DNA of 64,000 nt from Heterodontus francisci (taxonomy: Eukaryota). A model generated the notes under the pieces. The model did not search any database and was not told where the DNA came from. It was given only the letters and a program-made list of their open reading frames with translations. Both the position numbers and the translations under genes were made by a program. Position 1 is the first letter of the stretch. Every line of letters starts with the position of its first letter. Positions 1 to 10,580 of this stretch are shown piece after piece. The stretch lies in assembly GCF_036365525.1 (NCBI RefSeq), contig NC_090377.1, positions 32,704,201 to 32,768,200 of the forward strand, in the 5' to 3' direction.

Positions 1-462
1 CGGGAAGCTCAACACCATCCAGGACAAAGCAGCCCGCTTGATTGGCACCCGACCCAGCACCTTAAACATTCAGTCTCTCCACCACTGGCGCACTGTGGCC
101 ACAGTGTGTACCATCTACAAGATGCGCTGCAGCAACTTGCTAAGCCTCCTTCGACAGCACCTTCCAAGCCCCCAACCACTACCGCCTAGAAAGGCAAGGG
201 CAGCAGATGCATTGGAACACCGCCATCTGCAAGTTTCCCTGCAAGTCACAAAACAGCCTGACTTAGACCTGTATCACCATTCCGTTACTGTTGCTGGGTC
301 AAAAACCTGGAACTCCCTTCCTAACAGCACCGGGAATGTACCGACACCAGATGGACTGCAGGGGTTCAATAAGGTGGCTCACCACCATCTTAAGGGCAAT
401 TAAGGATGGGCAACAAATGCTGGCCTTGCCAGCAACTCTCACATCCCATGAAAGAATTTTTA
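1..462 (+). mobile_element. 3' fragment of a non-LTR retrotransposon (CR1/L2-group RT C-terminus and 3' tail), cut by the window edge
   Basis: Translates as KLNTIQDKAARLIG...SLHHWRTVATVCTIYKM. Ends in gggcaattaaggatgggcaacaaatgctggccttgccagc...catcccatgaaagaa, the same tail seen at ~32190-32255 and, reverse-complemented, on the SINEs at 16748 and 55167. Confidence 0.8.
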
Positions 463-469
463 AAATGTA

Positions 470-2900
470 CCGCAACCCCATCACCCAACTACCAACATTC
501 TCTCAATCAGGACACTTACCAAACATAGCTACACTTCACCCTCATGCAGTTAGTACTGCTGAAAGCCTGCCACCCTCATCTCAGCTTGCACGCACTACCA
601 GCTGTTCAACCATGATAGCCACATCAGCGAAACAGTTTGCAGGTCACTCACTGTCACACCTCCCTCTCTCTTGCAGGACAATGTGTAGGAGAGCGAAGAG
701 GGGGCATGAAAAAGCACTGGCGGGCACGATAAAGGAAAATCCCAAGTGGTTTTTCTAAGTATATTAAGGGCAAGAGGATAACCAGGGAAAAGAGTAGGGC
801 CCATTAGGGACCAAAGTGGCAACCTGTGTGTGGAGCCGGAGGACGTAGGTGAGGCTTTGAATGATTACTTTACTTTTCATCTGTATTCACTATGGAGAAG
901 GATGATGTGGGTGTAGAGATCAGGGAGGGGGATTGGGTGATATACTTGAACAAATTAGCATTGAAAGGGAGGAAGTATTAGCAGTTTTAGCAGACTTAAA
1001 AGTGGATAAACCCCCAGGGCCCAGATGAGATGTATCCCAGACTGCTATGTGAGGCAAGGGAGGAGATTGCAGGGGCTCTGACACAAATTTTCAAATCCTT
1101 TCTGGCCACAGAAGAGGTGCCAGAGGACTGGAGGACAGTGAATGTGGTACCATTATTCAAGAAGGGTGGTAGGAATAAACCAGGTAATTACAGAGCAGTG
1201 AGTCTAACATCAGTGGTAGGGAAACTATTGGAAAAAATTCAGAGGGACGGAATTAATCTCCACTTTGAGAGGCAGGGATTAATCAGGGATAGTCAGCATG
1301 ACTTTGTCAGGGGGAAGATCATGTCTAACAAATTTGATTGAATTTTTCGAGGAGCTGACTAGGTGTGTAGATGAGGGTAAAGCAGTTGATGTAGTCTACA
1401 TGGAATTCAGTAAGGCTTTTGAGGCAGGAACCCTCACAACATCTAAAAAGTATTTAAATGAGCACTTGAAATGCCATAGCATACAAGGCTTTGGGCCAAG
1501 TGCTGGAAAATTGAATTAAAATAGATAGGCTAAAGGGCCGTTTTCTGTGCTGTAAAACTCTGTCTCTATGACTAATCTGAGGCAGCAAGAGCTAACTGGT
1601 GGGGGATAGACATGGCTACATGTCATTACCACTATGGAAGAGATGGTGTTATGGTGTTTGCCATCATTAGAGTGGCCACTGTTGAGACCGTGGCCAGTGG
1701 CAGGGCTGAAGCCATAGAAGATGTCAGTATCCCCTTACCTAAATCTCCTTCTCACCTCCCATATTCTCCTCATCCCCAATCTCTTCTGATTTAGGAGTTG
1801 CAGATGTTGCAAGCATACACCTCTTACTTTCCTCCCCACATCCCTCACCACAACCATTTGTCCTTTCAGATGCCCAAGAAATGCCACCTGGCCAGCCAGT
1901 CATAAAAAACAACAAATGGACAGGCAACAAGACACTGATGATGAGGGAACACTGTCACTCAATGTAACTTTTGCAGTTCCCAGTTCAGATACTGACACTG
2001 TGCTGTAATTAGAGGAAAGCATAGAGGTGGGATCTGTATGGAGACACCAGGCTTGAGTGGCCTGCAACCAGGGTGGGGGCAAGGATTGTGCAGATACCAG
2101 TTTGCCAGAGGGCAAGGTCGCACACAAGCTCTGCTGCTGCGGACTCAGAAGAGCACTTTGTTAGGGCAGACTACAGAAGAGGGCTGAAAGTTATGAACAA
2201 TGAATTGCTTGGTACATTGACAGACCTGACTGAAAGCATGCATACAATGTGAAGGAGCGTGGCGAAGTTCATCACCAACTTTGCACAGGGCTTTGCACAG
2301 AGCTTGGAGCCCATTCTTTCCGGCATGGAAGTGGTGATCAACTCCGCACTTGTGGATCCAACCATGATGAAGGGTCTGATGGCCAATATCACAACTTCCT
2401 TTGCAGCAGAAGCAGAAGCCACCCAATGTCTGAGTGCTTCCTTGGAAGCTCAGCCTTCTGTCATGCAAGGCATTGTATAAATACAAGTTGTTGTCAACTT
2501 GCTGCAATACACGCTCAAACAGCTGCCATCATGGCTGTGGATCCCAGTGTTCAAAGAGCCTTGGAGGGTGTCACAGCAGTCCAACAATCTGTCCTCCCAC
2601 AGATTATCAGGATTGTTGAGGAACCACCCCATGGGAGTGGCAGTGGTTTTGTTGAGCATCAACCTCTTCTCTTCAGGATGACAGCATTCATCCTCCCACT
2701 ACAGCCAGTCTTGCCAGTGCTCTTGCTGATGTCTGTCAGCCAGCCAGCTGAGCTGGTGCAGTCTGAAGCCGAGCCTTCTAGGCCCAGACTTGCTTGGGGT
2801 TGTACTGCAAGGCTGTTGGTGTCTCTCCCACTGAAAGATAGCTGCCTTCCACCAGCCATGCTGCAGCCGCTGTGTAGCACTGTTTAGAAGAATCAGGACA
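470..2900 (+). mobile_element. Harbinger element A: decayed Myb/SANT-like accessory gene region, interrupted by CR1 at 686-1570
   Basis: 470-685 and 1571-2900 are homologous to the reverse complement of 54000-55880, whose upstream exon at 58000-58230 encodes a Myb/SANT-like motif. Acceptor tctcttgcag|GACAATGTG at ~676. Convergent with the transposase relic at 3130-3944. Confidence 0.65.
686..1570 (+). mobile_element. CR1 LINE fragment (pre-RT and RT N-terminal region fused to the 3' UTR by an internal deletion)
   Basis: IKENPK, PEDWRTVNVVPLFKKG...PGNYRAVSLTSVVGKLLE, VDVVYMEFSKAF, then a jump at ~1421 to the 3' end, finishing in a ctctatgact tail. Confidence 0.9.
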
Positions 2901-3129
2901 AGACAAGACATATGGAAACAGACAGTAAGGGAATGCACAAGGGTGATTATTTTACATTTGTATACAATATAGTGTGTTTTTTGATTTATAAATTTCATTT
3001 GGCATGTTTATTTTGTGTTGGCTTTTATTCTTGCATTGTGGCCAAGTGGATACTGTAATGGTCAGTGGCAGAGGGAAGGTAAGTTGTTGGTCTGCTGGTG
3101 AATGCGGAATTGGAGTTGCAGTTTTTGGT

Positions 3130-3944
3130 ATCGCATTTGGATGAGTACATCATGGACAGCCCAGGCAGAAAGGGCTGTCTAGGTTGCTTCCTCTTGCTTT
3201 TCTTCTTGCTCCTCCTGTTGCCTCTCAGCTGCTTGTCTCGTTGTTGGTAAGGGCTGTGCTCTCATGATTCGGAGAGCTGGTGTGGACACGATAGGGCAAA
3301 TGGCCTCCTTCTGCGCTGTAACAATTCTGTGATTCTCTGATGACAAGGGTTGTGCAGCAAGCAACAGACCACCATGAATCTTAACACATGCTCTGCCAAA
3401 TAGCTGCAGGGCTACTCCAGAGTGATGCAGGCAGCAGAAGCATTGTTTTAGCACACCTGTGATCGACTCTATCTCATTTCATGTGGCAGCATAGCTTTCA
3501 TTGTATGCATGCTGCACACATGTGTGTTTGTGGATTACCCACTAGAGGCATGAGTCTAGTGGTCAGTAGATTGTCCTTGTCACCCGGTAGCTACCTTTGT
3601 ATGTCATGGTGGCTCAAACGCAGCTGGTACAGAGGACTGCTGCCAGGATATCAGGGTTTGATGTGCATTATTCTCTGCTCCTGGTGACACAGCAGCTGGA
3701 TTTGAGGTAGTGGAATCCCTTTCGGTTGCAATACATCTCAGAGTTGTGGTGCCTGCAAAGTGATGTGTGTGTTGTCAATGGCACCATTTACCACGCGGAA
3801 GCCTGCCATCCGAATGAAACTGCATTCTTGCTCACTGCTGTCTGGCAAGAGAGAATGAAATATAGTTAACTCTCATTGAGTAGAGTGCCTCAGTGACCAA
3901 CCTTATGCAACACTGGATGATAAACTCCGACATGTTGCAAATAT
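3130..3944 (-). pseudogene. Harbinger element A transposase relic (C-terminal part; continues at 8498-8700)
   Basis: The reverse strand reads LPVAVKVTVAMNICTLGSFLAEAGDI (8500-8580) and continues CNMSEFIIQCCIRLVTEALY (3880-3940), then a GF..V.GAID.THI-like motif and LKQCFCCL. HARBI1/PIF-type DDE with many stops and frameshifts. Confidence 0.8.
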
Positions 3945-6900
3945 GGAGCTGGATGAAGTTCAGATCATGCGGGAGGCTGAGGGGGTGATAGAGAGCAGTT
4001 ATAGGGAAGTACTGACACCTAAGTCACAGGATAAAGGTAGCTGGGTGACCGTCAGGGGAGGGAAAGGGAATAGGCGCACAGTGCAAGGATCCCCTGTGGC
4101 CGTTCCCCTCAATAATAAGTATACCGTTTTGGATACGGTTGGGGGGAATGACCGACCAGGGAAAAGCCACAGCGGCCAGGTCTCTGGCACTGAGCCTGGC
4201 TCTGCGGCTCAGAAGGGAAGGGGGGAGAATAGGAGAGCGATAGTGATAGGAGATTCAATTGTTAAAGGAACAGACAGGAGATTCTGTGGTCGCGAACGAG
4301 ACTCCCGGATGGTATGTTGCCTCCCGGGTGCCAGGGTCAGGGATGTCTCAGATCGAGACTACAGGATTCTTAAGGGGGAGGGGGAGCAGCCAGAAGTCGT
4401 GGTACACATTGGTACCAATGACATAGCTAGGAAAAGGGATGAGGACCTGAAAAGCGAATATAGGGAGTTAGGTTAGAATTAGAATTAGAACATTACAGCA
4501 CAGTACAGGCCCTTCGGCCCTCGATGTTGCGCCGACCTGTGAAACCATCTGACCTACACTATTCCATTTTCATCCATATGTCTATCCAATGACCACTTAA
4601 ATGCCCTTAAAGTTGGCGAGTCTACTACTGTTGCAGGCAGGGCGTTCCACGCCCCTACTACTCTCTGAGTAAAGAAACTACCTCTAACATCTGTCCTATA
4701 TCTATCACCCCTCAACTTAAAGCTATGTCCCCTCGCTCACTATCCACCCTATCTAACCCTCTGATTATCTTATATGTCTCTATTAAGTCACCTCTCCTCC
4801 TCCTTCTCTCCAATGAAAACAACCTCAAGTCCCTCAGCCTTTCCTCGTAAGACCTTCCCTCCATACCAGGCAACATCCTAGTAAATCTCCTCTGCACCCT
4901 TTCCAAAGCTTCCACATCCTTCCTATAATGCGGTGACCAGAACTGCACGCAATACTCCAGGTGCGGTCTCACCAGAGTTTTGTACAGCTGCAGCATGATC
5001 TCGTGGCTCCGAAACTCGATCCCCCTACTAATAAAAGCTAACACACCATATGCCTTCTTAACAGCCCTATTAACCTGGGTAGCAACCTTCAGGGATTTAT
5101 GTACCTGGACACCAAGATCTCTCTGCTCATCTACACTACCTGAACATGAGGCTTAGTAAGCTTGCAACAAAGTGTGACAGTACCATTTGCTGCAGCTTCT
5201 TTACTCTGAAGCTGGTGTTTGAAGAACACAGATAAAACTGGATGATTTAAGACAAGCAGAGTAGTAATCTCAGGATTGATACCGGTGCCACGTGCTAGTG
5301 AGGCTAGAAACAGAGAGCGAGTGCAGCTGAACACGTGGCTACAGAGCTGGTGTAGGAGGGAGGGCTTCAGTTATGTGGATCATTGGGATACCTTCTGGGG
5401 AAGGTGGGACCTGTACAAGAAGATCGGGTTGCATCTGAACTGGAGGGGCACCAATATCCTGGGCGGGAGGTTTGCTAGAGCTCTTCGGGAGGGTTTAAAC
5501 TAGTTTGGCAGGGGAATGGGAACCGGAGCTACGGAACAGTGGATGGGGTAGCTGTTGAACAGGTAGATACAGAGTGCAGAGAGTCTGTGAGGAAGGTTAG
5601 ACAGTTGACAGGGCAAAGTTGCAGCCAGTATGATGGGTTGAAGTGTGTCTATTTTAACGCAAGAAGTGTCAGGAATAAGGGTGAGGAACTTAGAGCATGG
5701 ATCAGTACTTGGAGCTACGATGTTGTGGCCATTACGGAGACTTAGATATCACAGGGGCAGGAATGGATGTTGGATGTTCCGGGGTTTAGATGTTTCAAAA
5801 GGAATAGGGAGGGAGGTAAAAGAGGTGGGGGAGTGGCATTGCTAATCAGGGATAGTATCACAGCTGCAGAAAGGGAGATCGTCGAGGAGGGTTTGTCTAC
5901 TGAGTCATTATGGGTGGAAGTCAGAAACAGGAAAGGAGCAGTCACTTTGTTGGGAGTTTTCTATAGACGCCCCAAAAGCAACAGAGACACGGAGGAACAG
6001 ATTGGGAGGCAGATTTTGGAACGGTGCAGAAGTAGCAGGGTTGTTGTCATGGGTGACTTCAACTTCCCTAATATTGATTGGAACCTCCTTAGTGCAAATA
6101 GTTTGGATGGAGCAGTTTTTGTCAGGTGTGTCCAGGAAGGTTTCCTGACTCAATATGTAGATAGGCCGACTAGAGGGGAGACTATGTTGGATTTGGTGCT
6201 TGGCAACGAACCAGGCCAGGAGGCAGATCTCTCGGTTGGAGAGCATTTCGGTGATAGTGATCACAACTCCCTGACCTTTACTATAGTCATGGAGAGGGAC
6301 AGGAGCAGACGGGATGGGAAAATATTTAATTGGGGGAGGGGGAATTACAATGCTATTATGCAGGAACTGGGGAGCATAAATTGGGAACAGATGTTCTCAG
6401 GGAAATGCATGACAGAAATGTGGAGGTTGTTTCGGGAGCACTTGCTGCGACTGCTGGATAGGTTTGTCCCGATGAGGCAAGGAAGGGATGGTAGGGTGAA
6501 GGAACCATGAATGACAAGAGATGTGGAACAGCTAGTCAAGAGGAAGAAGGAAGCTTACTTAAGCTTGAGGAAGCAAGGATCAGACAGGGCTCTAGAGGGT
6601 TACAAGGTAGCCAGGAAGGAATTGAAGAATGGACTTAGGAGAGCTAGATGGGGACATGAAAAAGTCTTGGCGGGTAGGATTAAGGAAAATCCCAAGGCGT
6701 TCTACACTTATGTGAGGAACAAGAGGATGGCAGAGTGAGGGTAGGGCCAATCAGAGATAGTGGAGGGAACTTGTGCCTGGAGTCAGAGGAGGTAGGGGAG
6801 GTCCTAAATGAATACTTTGCTTCAGTATTCACTAGTGAGAGGGACCTTGTCATTTGTGAGGGCAGCGTGAAACAGGCTGATATGCTCGAACAGGTTGATG

Positions 6901-8497
6901 TTAAGAGGGAGGATGTGCTGGAAACGTTGAAAGACATGAGGACAGATAAGTCCCCGGGGCCAGACGGGATATACCCAAGGATATTAAGGGAAGCGAGGGA
7001 AGAGATTGCCGCGCCTTTGGCGATGATCTTTGCATCCTCACTGTCCACTGGAGTCGTAAAAGATGATTGGAGGGTGGCAAATGTTATTCCCTTGTTCAAG
7101 AAAGGGAATAGGGATAACCCTGGGAATTATAGACCAGTCAGTCTTACGTCGGTAGTGGGCAAATTATTGGAGAGGATTCTAAGATTCAGGATTTATGATT
7201 ATTTGGAAAAGCATGGTTTGATTAGAGACAGTCAACATGGCTTTGTGAGGGGCAGGTCATGCCTCACAAGCCTTATTGAATTCTTTGAAGATGTGACAAA
7301 ACACATTGATGAAGGAAGAGCAGTGGATGTGGATTTTAGCAAGGCGTTTGATAAGGTTCCCCATGGTAGGCTCATTCAGAAAGTAAGGAGGCATGGGATA
7401 CAGGGAAAGTTGGCTGTCTGGATACAGAATTGGCTGGCCCATAGAAGACAGAGGGTGGTAGTGGATGGAAAGTATTCAGCCTGGAGCTCGGTGACCAGTG
7501 GTGTTCCACAAGGATCTGTTCTGGGACCTCTGCTCTTTGTGATTTTTATAAATGACTTGGATGAGGAAGTGGAAGGCTGGGTTAGCAAGTTTGCCGATGA
7601 CACGAAGGTTGCTGGAGTTATGGATAGTGTAAAAGGCTGTTGTAGGTTGCAACGGGACATTGACAGGATGCAGAGCTGGGTTGAGAAATGGCAGATGGAG
7701 ATCAACCTGGAAAATTGTGAAGTGATTCATTTTGGAAGGTTGAATTTGAATGCAGAATACAGGCTTAAAGACGGGATTCTTGGTAGTGTGGAGGAACAGA
7801 GGGATCTTGGGGTCCGTGTCCATAGATCGCTCAAAGTTGCCACCCAAGTTGATAGTGTTGTTAAGAAGGCGTATGGTGTGTTGGCTTTCATTAACAGGGG
7901 GATTGAGTTTAAGAGCCGTGAGGTTATGCTGCAGCTCTATAAAGCCCTGGTTAGACCACACTTGGAATATTGTGTTCAGTTCTGGTCACCTCATTATAGG
8001 AAGGATGTGGAAGCTTTAGAGAGGGTGCAGAGGAGATTTACCAGGATGCTGCCTGGACTGGAGGGCATGTCTTAGAAATAAAGGTTGAGGGAGCTAGGGC
8101 TTTTCTGTTTGGAACGAAGAAGGATGAGAGGTGACTTGATAGAGGGGTACAAGATGATGAGAGGCATAGATAGAGTGGATAGCCAGAGACTTTTTCCCAG
8201 GGCGGAAAGGGCTATCACCAGGGGGCATAATTTTAAGGTGATTGGAGGAAGGTTTCGGGGAGATGTCAGCGGTAGGTTCTTTACACAGAGAGTGGTGGGT
8301 GCGTGGAATGCACTGCCAGCGGTGGTAGTAGAAGCAGATACATTAGGGACATTTAAGCGACTCGTGGATAGGTACATGGATGATAGTAGAATGAAGGGTA
8401 TGTAGGTAGTTTGATCTTAGAGTAGGTTAAAAGTTCGGCACAACATCGTGGGCCGAAGGGCCTGTACTGTGCTGTACTGTTCTATGTTCTATGTTCT
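3945..8497 (+). mobile_element. Near full-length CR1 LINE with disrupted ORF1 (SGNH esterase) and ORF2 (APE endonuclease + RT)
   Basis: ORF1 motifs VIGDSIV, VHIGTND, GLHLN. ORF2 motifs YFNARS, VAITET, MGDFNFP, SDHN, QHGF, GVPQGSVLGP, KFADDTK. (ttctatg)n tail. TSD aaatat at 3939-3944 and 8498-8503. Confidence 0.95.
4475..5140 (-). mobile_element. 5'-truncated CR1 nested antisense in ORF1 of the CR1 above
   Basis: ORF 4712-5044 (LYKTLVRPHLEYCVQFWSP). Tail is (ttaga a)n on the + strand at 4471-4490. Confidence 0.9.
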
Positions 8498-8700
8498 AAA
8501 TATCTCCAGCTTCAGCCAAGAAAGAGCCTAACGTACAAATGTTCATGGCCACGGTCACCTTCACAGCCACTGGCAATGTGGACTTTGCCCTGCTCTGAAG
8601 TTGTAGTTGTGCTGCACCAGGTGGCCAGTGAGGACATCCTGACTGAATCTGTCCAAAGTTGGGAAACCGCTGTTCCGGTTCCCAGTACTTGTCAGCTGTG
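8498..8700 (-). pseudogene. Harbinger element A transposase relic (N-terminal part)
   Basis: LQSRAKSTLPVAVKVTVAMN motif; contiguous with 3944 once the CR1 is removed. Confidence 0.75.
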
Positions 8701-8786
8701 AAACTGAGTGACACTTTATTTTTAAAAAACTGACCAACCACAAAGCTGCTATGCTGAGTACTCCCAATGCCTGCAACTGTTGGAAG

Positions 8787-8862
8787 GGGCAGAGAGAGAG
8801 AAAGAGAGAGAGAGTGGGGGAACAGAGAAAGAGAGGGGGACAACAGAGAGGGGGGGAGAGAG
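8787..8862. repeat. GA-rich low-complexity tract / microsatellite
   Basis: agagagagagaaagagagagagag... visible directly. Confidence 0.8.
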
Positions 8863-10044
8863 TGATCAAGATCACTCGTGACAGATTGACATCTATCCAG
8901 AATACTCTGCACTGCTACAACAAGTGTGTGGGCAAACATTGATTACTTGTGCAAGCAAAAAAAATGCCAGGTATCCCATTAAATCAGTGTCCAACATAGT
9001 GATGAGAAAGTAAGCCAATAAATTCATCTTCTCATTTAAAGCTTCGTCACAAAAATGCCACATTTGTTGTTTTGATTGTAAGATAACATTTTAATGTCTT
9101 TATCTTTTTGAAATAGTCTCACCGGCCCCTCACATAAGATAAAAATTGTAATGTGGCCCCCTACACGAAATGGTTGCCTCTGGAGTCATCAGTAAGGTGG
9201 CAGATTCTGAAGCTGCAGCTTGAGGTGCGGGAACACCTGGCAGAGCTTCCAGAGGCTACACACACCCTGACATGGACAATGAAGGAGTCCATCCAAGTGA
9301 TGAGTACTGCCATATCTCTGACTTCTGTGCGCTTGGGTTTCTCCATCGAGAGATTGGCGACCTTCGTGGAGAGCCATATTCAGCAGACCACTCAGTTGGA
9401 TGCTGGAGATGCATGCAGACCTGCATGCTATTGCCTCCTCCATGAGCTCTGTGGAGAAATGGCTGGGCAAGAGGAGAGTGAGGCACCTGGACTCACCGCT
9501 AGGTCCTTGATCTCCTCAAGTAAGCAGGAAGGTACAAACATGGCCTAAAGGGGCAGAGGAGCAGCAACCTGATGCATCTGGAAGTTCTTGTCATGGCACT
9601 CCTGGCAGGGGTAGCAGCTTCTCAGCCCCTCTGCCAGTTACACAATGCGCCTCATGTAGCTGCAATGACAGAGTTGTCTCCTGCACTTGTGTAGGAGGCC
9701 CTTGTATTACCGCAGCCTTCTAGGCCTCAGGCAGCCAGAGGATGACCACCAAGCCATGGACCACCGAGGTCAGCAGCCTCCTTCCATCTCAGCTGACATC
9801 GCATGGGAAACACTATGTAGGAACACAAGTGAGAGATTTAAGAAGAGCACCCTAGCTGCATTTGGGGCACAAGGGTTTAAATTCTGTTAATGTATGCTGC
9901 CTTGCATTCTTTTTGTATGCCAATAAATGTGTAATGTTGCAGGGCAAGAGAAATCTTATCATTTCTGGCAGCCCACTGGGCCTTCAGCAGTACATTGGGC
10001 TCCCTCAAAGTGTGCGATGGGAAGAACCACATCATGTGAACAGA

Positions 10045-10580
10045 GGAGCATAGGAAATATGAGCAGGAGTAGGCCATTCAGTCCTTCGAGCCTGCTCTGC
10101 ATTCAACTAGATCACGGCTGATCTTTTACCTCAGTGCCATTTTCCTGTACTATCCCCCTATCCCTTGATATCTTTAATACCTAGAAACCTATCAATCTCT
10201 GTTTTTTTTTAGAGATACAGCACTGAAACAGGCCCTTCGGCCCACTGAGTCTGTGCTGACCATCAACCACCCATTTATACTAATCCTACACTAATTCCAT
10301 ATTCCTACCACATCCCCACCTGTCCCTATATTTCCCTACCACCTACCTATACTAGGGGCAATTTATAATGACCAATTAACCTATCAACCTCTGTCTTGAA
10401 CATACTCAATGACTGAGCCTTCACAGCCCTCTGGGGTAGAGAATTCCACAGATTCACAACCCTCTGAGTGAAGAAATTCCTCCTCATCTCAGTTCTAAAT
10501 GGCCTACTTCTTATTCTGAGACTGTGTCCACTGGTTCTAGACTCCCCCAACCAGGGGAAACATCCTTCCTGCATCAACCC
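10045..10580 (-). mobile_element. CR1 3' fragment nested in Harbinger B
   Basis: GESRTSGHSLRIRSRPFRTEMRRNFFTQRVVNLWNSLP and the CR1 3' UTR. Confidence 0.85.
10202..10390 (-). mobile_element. 3' half of an HE1-like V-SINE nested in the CR1 fragment
   Basis: Reverse complement of the 3' half of the SINE at 28349-28692; poly-T on the + strand; short tctgt duplication at the flanks. Confidence 0.85.
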
